A stretch of 64,000 nucleotides of DNA from an archaeon GW2011_AR18 (GTDB lineage: Archaea; Nanobdellota; Nanobdellia; SCGC-AAA011-G17; GW2011-AR18): contig JWKX01000012.1 of NCBI GenBank assembly GCA_000806155.1, positions 5,563 through 69,562 on the forward strand, given 5' to 3'. The notes under the pieces were generated by a model, which worked only from the letters and a program-made list of their open reading frames with translations, did no database searches and was not told where the DNA came from. The number at the start of each line of letters is the position of its first letter. The first letter of the stretch is position 1. Below are positions 8,956 through 18,024 of this stretch, one piece after another. Made by a program: the position numbers and the translations under genes.

Positions 8956-9665
8956 TTTTTTCTCCTGCTTCTGATAAACTGTATTACTACGTAAATTACT
9001 ATTACACTTATTACTCCTAGTAAAAACCATAATGCATAGTTTGGTTCTTTTGCAATTGTATCTTGTATTATTGTTGTATTATCTATTGTTGGTTGTACTG
9101 CTTCGTTAAATGATTGTAAGGCTTCTGGTGCTGCTCTTGCTTCATTGAATAAACTTGCTGCTGCTGAAGGTCCAAAGTTTGATGTCACAACTGCTTTTTG
9201 TGTTGCACCAATTGATGTATCAGATAATAATTCTGTACCAGTAGATTGCATTTTACTCAGTCCTAATTTATTAGTTAATTGGTATGCATATATTCCAGCT
9301 GATGTTAATAACCCTACTAATGCTACTGGTATTATCTCTCTTAATTTTTCCATAAAGCTTGTAGTTGTTGTTTTTGGTGCTATTATAATTAGTTTATTTG
9401 ATAACTGGTATAGTTGTATCTTCTTTCCTTTCTCACTCCATAAAAAATCCTTTATATCTATTACTTCTGCTTTTAATAAATGTTGTATGTTATAATGCAC
9501 TGTTGTTAATGGTATGTTTAATTTTTGTGCTATATCTGTTTCAGAATATGGTTTATCAGACAATATATTTAATATTTTTCTTGCAGTATCTGAAGAGATT
9601 ATCTGTGCTAGTTCTTTTGATTTTGTATCTTCTAAGTTTACTAGTATGAATTTATTTTCTGCCAT
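8952..9665 (-). CDS. ArsR-like winged-helix transcription regulator fused to a C-terminal TM anchor
   Basis: N-terminal HTH (KPYSETDIAQKLNIPLTTVHYNIQHL), C-terminal hydrophobic helix and RSRRKK stop-transfer. Confidence 0.5.
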   Translation of the reverse strand: MAENKFILVNLEDTKSKELAQIISSDTARKILNILSDKPYSETDIAQKLNIPLTTVHYNIQHLLKAEVIDIKDFLWSEKGKKIQLYQLSNKLIIIAPKTTTTSFMEKLREIIPVALVGLLTSAGIYAYQLTNKLGLSKMQSTGTELLSDTSIGATQKAVVTSNFGPSAAASLFNEARAAPEALQSFNEAVQPTIDNTTIIQDTIAKEPNYALWFLLGVISVIVIYVVIQFIRSRRKK

Positions 9666-9767
9666 AGATTATTTATAGAACTAATGTAATATATAAATGC
9701 TTTTTAGACTTTAATCTATTCTGAAGTTATTGTAAATCTTTCGGATAATTGCACTTAACACTATTAA

Positions 9768-10097
9768 ATGTTAAAATATAGCTATAGAAATGATAAGATT
9801 ATAGTATCTACTATAGTTTTAAAAGAATTAGAGAGTATACTTGAAGAAAGATTTAATATAGTTAATAAATATTTTATTAATTGTGATTATATTATTTTAA
9901 CAAAAACTGTTAATGAAGACTATAACGTTGCCAGAAAAATTGAATATAAAAATAATTTCAATATAGGTTTTTACGATTGTTTGCATATTGTGATTTCTAA
10001 AAGGCTAGATAGCATATTAATAACACGTGATAATAAAATGATTGATATTGCAAAAGAATATGTTACTGTTAATAAGCCTGAAGAATTAGTCAGCTAG
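9768..10097 (+). CDS. PIN-domain protein (VapC-like), possibly degenerate
   Basis: FYDCLHIVISKRLDSILITRDNKM resembles the PIN C-terminal acidic motif; the first conserved Asp appears replaced (IVSTIVL). Confidence 0.35.
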   Translation: MLKYSYRNDKIIVSTIVLKELESILEERFNIVNKYFINCDYIILTKTVNEDYNVARKIEYKNNFNIGFYDCLHIVISKRLDSILITRDNKMIDIAKEYVTVNKPEELVS

Positions 10098-10495
10098 TTT
10101 ATTTATCTCTTCTAAGTCAAATTTTTCTTTGGATAATTTTTTTCTTATATTTCTTACTATTCTAACTGAATCTCCCTTTATATCTAATATTCCAACCATA
10201 TCATGTATTGTTAATTTGACCTGTAAAGTATTGCTTTTCATTCTAATTATATAGGAATACTGATATTTAAAGTTTACTTTAAAATTTTTGTAAAGTTTTC
10301 AGAGTTTATGTAAAATATTAATATTCTATTATATTCCTTGTTTTTATTGTGATATTATATCTTTTGAATAAACTTAAGAATAAATTTTTGTATTCTAATG
10401 GAACTAATACTGTTCCTTTATTTATTTTTATCCCATTATATTTTTCTATTAATCCAGTATAATGTTTTCCTTTTGTGTTATATCCATAAAGATTC

Positions 10496-10834
10496 TTATA
10501 TAATAACACTCTTTTTGTCTCTGGTTTGATGTTTTAATTCCCATTTGTTTATATTTCCTATAATAACATTAAAACTATTATCTAATCCTTTTATCTTCCA
10601 ATAATTTTGATAAAATTTTGATTCATAAAACTTTTCTATTATCTTTTTTACTTCTATACTATACTCTTTTTCTTTTGCATTAATATCTATGAATATATCT
10701 ATGTCACTTTCTTTTGTTGCTTCATTTCTAGCTGCTGAACCAAATAGTATTATATTTTTTATATTGTCTGTTTCTAAGTATTCAAGCATAAAAGATACAA
10801 AATGTATTGTGTATGGTAAATATTTATTTTTCAT
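10496..10834 (-). CDS. minimal nucleotidyltransferase (MNT, Pol-beta superfamily)
   Basis: ILFGSAARNEATKESDIDIFID (GS...DIDxxxD) motif. Confidence 0.7.
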   Translation of the reverse strand: MKNKYLPYTIHFVSFMLEYLETDNIKNIILFGSAARNEATKESDIDIFIDINAKEKEYSIEVKKIIEKFYESKFYQNYWKIKGLDNSFNVIIGNINKWELKHQTRDKKSVII

Positions 10835-11225
10835 TTTTTACACCTAATGATTCAAATATTTCTTTTAGTTTATTGAATTTTTTTATATAATCAACAATTT
10901 CTTCCTCTTTTTTAGGAGTTCCATAACATAACTCATTTCTTTTTTCTTGTATATCTTTAAGAAGTTCTATTATCTCTTCTTTTTTTGGAAATTCAAAATT
11001 TATTTTATCATCTATTTTGTGTTTTGATTTGAACCATTCATGTTTTATTATATAGCTGCTGTCTATTAAGTTATTTTTATGCAATAAAATTTCAATCATG
11101 TGTATTGAAGCAGCTGAGACGCAGAATCCTATTGTACTCTGTCTTTTTATTATATCTATCTTTATACTATCATCTAATACATCTAAGTTTTCTTTCAATC
11201 TAAGATAATGGTTTTCAATTTTCAT
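10824..11225 (-). CDS. HEPN-domain protein (partner of MNT)
   Basis: About 134 aa from the internal Met MKIENH. Four-helix HEPN-like region IGFCVSAASIHMIEILLHKNNL. Overlaps the MNT start by 11 nt. The upstream part of the 245-aa track ORF is repeat DNA, not coding. Confidence 0.5.
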   Translation of the reverse strand: MKIENHYLRLKENLDVLDDSIKIDIIKRQSTIGFCVSAASIHMIEILLHKNNLIDSSYIIKHEWFKSKHKIDDKINFEFPKKEEIIELLKDIQEKRNELCYGTPKKEEEIVDYIKKFNKLKEIFESLGVKNEK

Positions 11226-11321
11226 GGTTACAGTTGTAACTTCTATTTTGATACAAACGTAACACTTATTTATATATCTTGCGGTTACAGTTGTAACTTC
11301 TATTTTGATACAAACGTAACA
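11226..11321. repeat. tandem 39-bp direct repeat (2 copies, 19-bp spacer) abutting the HEPN start; putative operator
   Basis: GGTTACAGTTGTAACTTCTATTTTGATACAAACGTAACA at 11226..11264 and 11283..11321. Each copy holds an internal inverted repeat GTTACAGTTGTA / TACAAACGTAAC. Confidence 0.6.
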
Positions 11322-11671
11322 TAGAATTAATTTCATATATTGAATATTATCATTAATAATCCTGATATTAAGAAGTATGCTCCTATTATAAATCTTAAGA
11401 AGTTTGGAAATGCTAATATCAGTACTCCCATTAATATATTGAATAATGCTAGTATTAATGTTCCTGATACCATATATTAGTAATGTTTTTGTAGGGTTAT
11501 ATAATCTCTCTATATATTGTAAATCTTTCAATAATTGTTTAGCAACACTTATAAATTTCATTAACTCTAATATTTTATGAAAGAAAAAAGAGAATTTAAT
11601 TGGATGATACTTTTCTGGATTGGTGTTATAACTTTATTTTTATGGTTAGTAGCAAGAAAAATTGGTTGGAT

Positions 11672-11884
11672 TTAACCTACAACATCACTTATATCTTTAT
11701 TTCGAAGAGTTTCTTCTTTTATTATTGAACTAGTTACTCTGTCATTAATTATTCTACCAGTTATATACGTTGCAACACCTACTAATTGATATATACCAGA
11801 ACCATTAGCTAGAAGTCCTATACTACCTATTTCTAAGCCAAAACCTATAAATCTTCCTACACTTATTGGATATGTATCTTCCAT
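11672..11884 (-). CDS. small hypothetical membrane protein
   Basis: About 70 aa from MEDTYPI, Gly-rich hydrophobic core. Confidence 0.3.
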   Translation of the reverse strand: MEDTYPISVGRFIGFGLEIGSIGLLANGSGIYQLVGVATYITGRIINDRVTSSIIKEETLRNKDISDVVG

Positions 11885-11986
11885 AATTAATGAGAAATTG
11901 TAAAACTTTAAAAATCTAACTAATAATAACAAACTCTATTTTCCAGACTAGTTAAGCTTTTAAATATTTTCTTATTATATTTTCTT

Positions 11987-12484
11987 ATGGAAGATTATTT
12001 GATACGCTTAGTAATAAATAGACTAGATAGTAATCCTGGAAAATCTTTGTGTTCAGTTACTAAGAATGATATAGCTGGAATTCTAGATGCTGAACGTGTT
12101 TATTGTTCTGGGATACCTTATGGTTTGTCTGTAGTTGATAATGATAAAACTGTTTTTAGAGAAGGAGGGGATGCATTTCCATTAATACCTGTAGAATTTA
12201 ATTTTAGATCATTTACTTTTCAGGATTTTAGAGCTGATTTAACATTATATTTTAATGCTAATAGAGATTCTTTGATTAGATTAGCAGAATCTGTAAGGAA
12301 CTCTTCTCCAGTATATGTTGGTGGTAACTTTCATTCATTTTCAAAAAAAGATGAAGTGAATTTGGAGGATATTGCAGAAAATGTTAGAATTGAGAGATTT
12401 GATGAGCTTGTCCAGCCTTATTTAATTGTTAATGCATTATTGATTGGAAAGGACTTATATTTTGATCCTGAGGTATTTGTTTAA
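11987..12484 (+). CDS. hypothetical protein
   Basis: 165-aa ORF with coding-like composition; no motif recognized. Confidence 0.35.
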   Translation: MEDYLIRLVINRLDSNPGKSLCSVTKNDIAGILDAERVYCSGIPYGLSVVDNDKTVFREGGDAFPLIPVEFNFRSFTFQDFRADLTLYFNANRDSLIRLAESVRNSSPVYVGGNFHSFSKKDEVNLEDIAENVRIERFDELVQPYLIVNALLIGKDLYFDPEVFV

Positions 12485-15105
12485 ATTATTAATATAGCAG
12501 GTTTTCCAGGTATTGCACTTCCTGCTTTTTTATCTTGTGATTCTTCTGCTTTTTCTATTTTTATTTTTGTATCAAATTCTTTTTCTAATTGTTTTTTATA
12601 TTCTGTAAATACTTGGTATTCTTTTTCCTGTGTGAATTTATTATCTGGTTGTTTTTCTACTAGTTTTGGTATTATTCTTATTACCTCTTGTCCGTATTTT
12701 CTTAATTCTGTATTTTTCATTATCTCTTTTATTATTTCTGACACATTCTTTGTATTCTCAAATATTTTTTTGAATTCTTTATATAATTCATATTTCCATT
12801 TATTAGCAATTATTATTGTTATCTCTTTTGGTTTTTCTATTTTTATTAATTGTAGTACCTGTCTTATATCGCTTGTTGTGTTTTCTATTAATTCATCTCC
12901 CTGTTCTAATTCTTTATTTATTTTTCTTTCATCATATTCTGGCCATGTTTCTAGTGATATGAATGTTTTATTCCCTAGTTTATGCCATAATTCTTCTGTT
13001 ATATGCGGGCATATTGGGTGCATTAATTTTAAGAAACTTCCAATATCCTCTTTTGATACCTCACTCTCATTCTCAAAAGTCTCTAATAATCCTCTTAGTT
13101 TTATTATTGCTATATTATATTTGAATTTTTCAATATCATCAGTTACAGATTTTATTGTGCTATGTAATTTATTTTCTAATCTAGCAGAACTTTTTCCTAT
13201 TTTTATATTACTAATTCCTATTTCAAATTTTGTTATCCATTTATAGCTTGATTCTATTCCTGTATCACTCCATACACTATCTCTGTCTGGTGATGATAAT
13301 GACATTAGATTTAATCTTAATGAATCTGTACTATACTTTTCTATTACATCTATTGGGTTTACTACATTTCCTAATGATTTTGACATCTTGTTTCCATCGC
13401 TTCCATGTAATAATCCTTGATTGAATAATGATGTGAATGGTTCATCGAATTTCAATAATCCCATATCCCTTAATGCTTTTGTAAAGAATCTTGCATAAAT
13501 TAGATGCATGCATGCATGTTCTGCTCCACCTATATATTGATCTACTGGCATCCAATAATCTGTTTTATTTGTATCAAATGCTTTTTTATAATTTTTATTA
13601 TCACAATATCTTAAATAATACCATGATGAATCAAAGAATGTATCCATTGTATCTGTCTCTCTTCTTGCTTTTCCTTTGCATTTTGGACATGTTGTATTTA
13701 CAAATTCATTATTACTTTTTAATGGGTTTCCCTCTCCGAATTTTACATCTTTTGGTAATAATATTGGCAAGTTTTTTTCTTCTACTGGAACACAGCCGCA
13801 TTTTTCACAATATATCATTGGTATTGGTGTTCCCCAGTATCTCTGTCTTGAAACTAGCCAGTCTCTGAATTTGTATTGTGTTACTTTTTTCCCTATATTT
13901 TCTGATTCTAAATATTTTAGTATTTCTTCTTTTGCTTTTTCATTATATAATCCATTGAATTTTCCTGAGTTTACTAAATTTCCTGATTCTGTATATGCTG
14001 CTTTTATATTTGTATCAGGTTTTTTATTATCTGGTTGTATTACTACTTTCATTGAAATTTTATATTTTCTAGCAAATTCAAAATCTCTCTTATCATGTGC
14101 AGGTACTGCCATTACCATACCTGATCCATAATCTGCCACTACGAAATTTCCAGCATAAACAGGAATTTTTTCTTTTGTTAATGGATTTGTCGCATAACTT
14201 CCTGTAAATGCTCCTTGTTTAGACATTTGTTCCATCTCTTTTTCTGATACTGATTTTAATTTTTTTAAGAAAAAATCAACTTCTTTCTGTTGTCCTTTTG
14301 TTACTAATTCATTTAATCTTGGATGCTGTGCTGCTACTACTAAAAATGTTACTCCATATATTGTATCAGGTCTTGTTGTGAATACTGGCCACTTTTTTCC
14401 GTTTATTTCAAATAATATCTCTGTTCCGTATGATTTTCCTATCCAGTTTTCCTGCATTGTCTTTATTCTTTCTGGCCATTTTAGTTCTGGTATTTTTTCT
14501 AGTAATTCATCTGAATATTTTGTTGTTTTTATGAACCATTGTTCTAATTGTTTTATCTCTACATCTGTATCTTCATGTCTCCAGCATTTTCCTGAATGTA
14601 CTTGTTCGTTTGCTAATACTGTTGAACATTTTGGACACCAGTTTACTGCAGCTTTTTTTCTATATACTAATCCTTGTTCATAAAATTTTAAGAAGAAATA
14701 TTGGTTCCATTTATAATATTCAGGATTGCAAGTTACTACTTTTCTTTTCCAGTCATAGCTTAATCCTAGTCTTTTCTGTTGCATCTCGAAGTTTTTCATA
14801 GATTTTTCTGTATAGCTTCCTGGATGTTCTCCTGCTTTTATTGCTGCATTCTCTGCTGGTAATCCAAATGCATCATATCCCATTGGATAAAGAACATTGT
14901 AATCATTCATTCTTTTATATCTTGCAAATATATCTCCTATTGTATAATTTAATGCATGTCCCATATGTAATCCAGTTCCAGAAGGATAGGGGAACATTTC
15001 TATTACATAGTACTTTTTCTTTTTAGAATCCTCTTTTACTTGAAAGACTTTATTCTTTTCCCACTCTTGTTGCCATTTTTTTTCTATTTCTTTGTAATCA
15101 GGCAT
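12481..15105 (-). CDS. leuS: leucyl-tRNA synthetase
   Basis: PYPSGTGLHMGHALNY (HMGH) and KMSKSLGNVV (KMSKS) motifs, 874 aa, archaeal-type editing domain. Confidence 0.9.
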   Translation of the reverse strand: MPDYKEIEKKWQQEWEKNKVFQVKEDSKKKKYYVIEMFPYPSGTGLHMGHALNYTIGDIFARYKRMNDYNVLYPMGYDAFGLPAENAAIKAGEHPGSYTEKSMKNFEMQQKRLGLSYDWKRKVVTCNPEYYKWNQYFFLKFYEQGLVYRKKAAVNWCPKCSTVLANEQVHSGKCWRHEDTDVEIKQLEQWFIKTTKYSDELLEKIPELKWPERIKTMQENWIGKSYGTEILFEINGKKWPVFTTRPDTIYGVTFLVVAAQHPRLNELVTKGQQKEVDFFLKKLKSVSEKEMEQMSKQGAFTGSYATNPLTKEKIPVYAGNFVVADYGSGMVMAVPAHDKRDFEFARKYKISMKVVIQPDNKKPDTNIKAAYTESGNLVNSGKFNGLYNEKAKEEILKYLESENIGKKVTQYKFRDWLVSRQRYWGTPIPMIYCEKCGCVPVEEKNLPILLPKDVKFGEGNPLKSNNEFVNTTCPKCKGKARRETDTMDTFFDSSWYYLRYCDNKNYKKAFDTNKTDYWMPVDQYIGGAEHACMHLIYARFFTKALRDMGLLKFDEPFTSLFNQGLLHGSDGNKMSKSLGNVVNPIDVIEKYSTDSLRLNLMSLSSPDRDSVWSDTGIESSYKWITKFEIGISNIKIGKSSARLENKLHSTIKSVTDDIEKFKYNIAIIKLRGLLETFENESEVSKEDIGSFLKLMHPICPHITEELWHKLGNKTFISLETWPEYDERKINKELEQGDELIENTTSDIRQVLQLIKIEKPKEITIIIANKWKYELYKEFKKIFENTKNVSEIIKEIMKNTELRKYGQEVIRIIPKLVEKQPDNKFTQEKEYQVFTEYKKQLEKEFDTKIKIEKAEESQDKKAGSAIPGKPAILII

Positions 15106-15177
15106 AGAATTCCAAGTATTACCCTATTTATAAAATATTTGCTATGAAATCTAAATATTTATATTAGCTGTTAAATC

Positions 15178-15837
15178 TTGATTTCTATGAAAATTGAGCT
15201 TCCTTTAGTTAGGCAGGATGAAAATTCAGTTGATTGTGGTCTTGCTTGTGTTTCTATGTTGTTAAAAAAATATGATATTGAAAAAGCTGTTAATGATCTT
15301 AAGAAAGAGATTCAGGTTTTTGATAATATGGGTACTTATGCTCCTCAGATTGGTACTTATTTGATTAAGAATGGTTTTGATATTGAGATTGTTACAATTA
15401 ATCCTTATCTTTTTACTTACAAGTTTAAAGAAAAATCCCAACAAGAATTATTATTTTACTTGAAAGAATGTCTTGAAAAAACAACTAAAGAAAACTTTAA
15501 GGATCCTCTGAAATTTTTTATTGAGTTCATTGAATCTGGTGGTATAATTAGTGTAAGGGTTCCTACTGTGAATGATATTAAAGAAGAGATATCTCAAGGT
15601 AGGGTTGTAGGTGCGTTAGTTACTTCAAATTTTTTATTATATGATAAGCCTATGTTTAATTTTCATTTTAATATGATTACTGGTATTGATGATGAATTTA
15701 TTTATGTTAATGATCCAATGTGGGATTATAGAGGTGGTTCCCAGAAATATCTTATTAGTGATTTTTTATATGCAATTTATGCTAGTGCTTATGGTGATCT
15801 AGATAATGCTTCTATTATGAAGATTAAAAAGAAATAA
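15178..15837 (+). CDS. peptidase C39-like (papain-fold) cysteine peptidase domain protein
   Basis: QDENSVDCGLACVSMLLKKY matches the C39 catalytic Cys region (Q..DCG). Confidence 0.45.
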   Translation: MISMKIELPLVRQDENSVDCGLACVSMLLKKYDIEKAVNDLKKEIQVFDNMGTYAPQIGTYLIKNGFDIEIVTINPYLFTYKFKEKSQQELLFYLKECLEKTTKENFKDPLKFFIEFIESGGIISVRVPTVNDIKEEISQGRVVGALVTSNFLLYDKPMFNFHFNMITGIDDEFIYVNDPMWDYRGGSQKYLISDFLYAIYASAYGDLDNASIMKIKKK

Positions 15838-15839
15838 TT

Positions 15840-16400
15840 TCAACAGCTATACTTCCCTGACTTCTCTAATATGCTTTTTTTCATATATATCTTATTCCCT
15901 GTTCTTAGTGCTATTGCTATTGCATCTGATGGTTTTGCATCTAGATTTAATACTTTATCACCATTTCTGAATATCATATCTGATAAGTATACATCATCTT
16001 TCATCTCTGTTATTTTTACAAGTTCTAGTGTTATATTATAATTATCAATTAATGCTTTGAATGTATCATGTGTTGTTGGTCTTACCTCTATTTTTTTCTG
16101 TAATGCATTCTTTATTGAATATACCTGTAAGTCATTTAATGGTAAGCTCATTGTTGAACAGTTTGCTGATAATATTATTGTCTGCGGTGCTACATCAACT
16201 TTTATCTCTGTATATCCCTTTAATGAATAAGGATCATCTATATCACCTAATACTCCAATATTGTTTTCAAATTCATTTTCTGTAACATTCTCTTTAGTAT
16301 TTAGTTCATTTAGTATCTTGTATGTATTTCCCATTAGATATAGATTTAATAGTATTATTACTACTATACTCACAATTAATATTTTCGTTATTGTTTTCAT
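15840..16400 (-). CDS. membrane-anchored bifunctional nuclease (BFN/DUF151) domain protein
   Basis: N-terminal TM; RPTTHDTFKALIDNYNITLELVKITEMKDDVYLSDM matches the BFN family core. Confidence 0.55.
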   Translation of the reverse strand: MKTITKILIVSIVVIILLNLYLMGNTYKILNELNTKENVTENEFENNIGVLGDIDDPYSLKGYTEIKVDVAPQTIILSANCSTMSLPLNDLQVYSIKNALQKKIEVRPTTHDTFKALIDNYNITLELVKITEMKDDVYLSDMIFRNGDKVLNLDAKPSDAIAIALRTGNKIYMKKSILEKSGKYSC

Positions 16401-17131
16401 TTTATAAGGTATGGTATAGCCTCCTCTATTCTTCCTACTTCTACTATCTGTATTCCTAATTCTTTATCTAGTGCTCCCTCTTTTGGCATGTAATTAACTT
16501 GACAGTATTCTGTTTTTCCTATATTCTTGCATGCTTTTACCTCTTCATAATCCCCTAAATAATTTGCTTTTGGAACTAAAAATATTGATGCTCCGCTATC
16601 TTTAGCTGCTATAGCTTTCTCTTTTATTCCTCCGACACTATTTATTGATCCATCATTCTCTATTGTTCCTGTTATTAACACATCCCTGTTTATTGTCTTG
16701 TTCTGTAATGCTGCTATTGTTGCTATTGTCATTGCTGATCCTGCTGATGGTCCCTCTATTACTGATGCATTTGCATTGATATGATATATTAAGTCAATAT
16801 TGTTTAATTTTATCTGTGTTATATTCTCTGCTACTTTTGCAGCTGTTCTTGCACTTATCTGGCTCATATAATCAGCTAATAGGTTGTCTATGTCTACTAA
16901 TACTAGTCCTGTTCCTGGTTTTACCTCTACACTCATTACTGCTGATACCCCTTTTCCATTATTATCTACACCTAGTAGTGTTATCTCCTTTTGTGATATC
17001 TCTACATTATTGTTTTCATTTATTATATTAGTTTTATTTCCATCTGAGTTTATTATTATCCCTAATATTATACCGAATACAAATATTATTGCTATTGATG
17101 TTATCAAAAGATAGTTTATTTTTTTCTTCAT
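16397..17131 (-). CDS. membrane-anchored Lon-like S16 peptidase domain protein
   Basis: N-terminal TM. GPSAGSAMTIATIAAL (catalytic Ser) and VLITGTIENDGSINSVGGIKEKAIAAKDSG (Lys region) of the Lon proteolytic domain. ATGA overlap with the downstream BFN gene. Confidence 0.65.
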   Translation of the reverse strand: MKKKINYLLITSIAIIFVFGIILGIIINSDGNKTNIINENNNVEISQKEITLLGVDNNGKGVSAVMSVEVKPGTGLVLVDIDNLLADYMSQISARTAAKVAENITQIKLNNIDLIYHINANASVIEGPSAGSAMTIATIAALQNKTINRDVLITGTIENDGSINSVGGIKEKAIAAKDSGASIFLVPKANYLGDYEEVKACKNIGKTEYCQVNYMPKEGALDKELGIQIVEVGRIEEAIPYLIK

Positions 17132-17260
17132 AATTGTTATAATTATGTTCTCTCAATTTAAATATTGTTATTGTCATTATCTATAGTATATAGTTTTTAT
17201 TCCATAGATTTATATAGGCTGTTTCATATTAGAGGCTTTACTTTGTATTGGGGGGTTTGT

Positions 17261-17386
17261 ATGATACGTAAAACTAAGAAGGTTGTTAAAAGAAAGATAT
17301 CTGCTTTGAAAAATAAAACTAAAAGAAAAGTTGGTTCTGTAAAGAGAAAAATTAAGAGTGTAGTAAGAAGCAGTAGGAGGCAATAA
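17261..17386 (+). CDS. very small highly basic protein (K/R-rich, 41 aa)
   Basis: MIRKTKKVVKRKISALKNKTKRKVGSVKRKIKSVVRSSRRQ. Confidence 0.25.
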   Translation: MIRKTKKVVKRKISALKNKTKRKVGSVKRKIKSVVRSSRRQ

Positions 17387-17387
17387 A

Positions 17388-17492
17388 AATGAAACCTGAA
17401 AATTTTGATAAGAAAAAACAAGTTGATTCAGATGATGAAGTTATTATTGAAGATGATGACGAGCCTTTATTATTTGATGATGAAGAGGGATG
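17388..17492 (+). CDS. very small highly acidic protein (34 aa)
   Basis: MKPENFDKKKQVDSDDEVIIEDDDEPLLFDDEEG; starts 2 nt after the basic ORF. Confidence 0.25.
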
Positions 17493-17576
17493 ATGCTTAG
17501 AATAATGAAAGGTGAAACTAAGAAATGAAAAACTAGTTCACTTTATTTTTTATTTATATAAGTATGGAGGTTTAAA

Positions 17577-17735
17577 ATGTTAGGGTGGGCTTTAGTATTT
17601 TTACTAGTTGCAATAATTGCAGGTTTTTTCGGTTTTAGTGCAGTTTCAGGAGTATCTGCCTGGATAGCTAAGGTATTGTTTGTGTTATTTATTATATTGT
17701 TCATTATATCCTTGGTTAGGCACTTGATGAAGTGA
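17577..17735 (+). CDS. UPF0391/DUF1328 family small membrane protein
   Basis: [46 protein letters not shown] matches the UPF0391 consensus; GGAGGT Shine-Dalgarno upstream. Below the track's 60-aa cutoff. Confidence 0.6.
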   Translation: MLGWALVFLLVAIIAGFFGFSAVSGVSAWIAKVLFVLFIILFIISLVRHLMK

Positions 17736-18024
17736 TGTTAAATAAAAAGTATAGTATATACGTCTCTTTTTTATATCCTTAAAAGAACATTATTGTATGG
17801 CAAAGAAAAAGAAACACATTGATCTTTCAACTAAAGAAATAAAGAAAAGATTAGTATTATTTGAATGCAAGAAGATTTTGCAGGATGGTAACTATAGATA
17901 AGATTATTTTTTATATTATAGATCTTATAACCTCCCATAAACCCATTATATTGCCATTTGGGCACTGGACACGACAAACTTGCGCGCCAGGTTTATAAAT
18001 CTATTCCTGATATTCTATTTTTGT

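Noticed and set aside
11226-11321. The 39-bp tandem repeat as a mini CRISPR array
   Set aside because: Only two copies, a 19-bp spacer (too short) and no cas genes; its position directly upstream of a HEPN start fits an operator better.
10824-11561. Single 245-aa protein from the track
   Set aside because: The middle of the ORF translates the tandem DNA repeat (duplicated CYVCIKIEVTTVT), so the likely gene is HEPN from the internal Met at 11225.
12632-14801. Several plus-strand ORFs (12632..13246, 13491..13868, 13676..14131, 14378..14683) antisense to leuS
   Set aside because: Low-complexity S/F/L-rich translations of the non-coding strand of a well-supported gene.
17980-18024. The first 15 codons of the helicase ORF (MRARFINLFLIFYFC)
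   Set aside because: Hydrophobic, non-conserved leader; Lhr homologs start about 20 aa before the WF motif, which fits M16.
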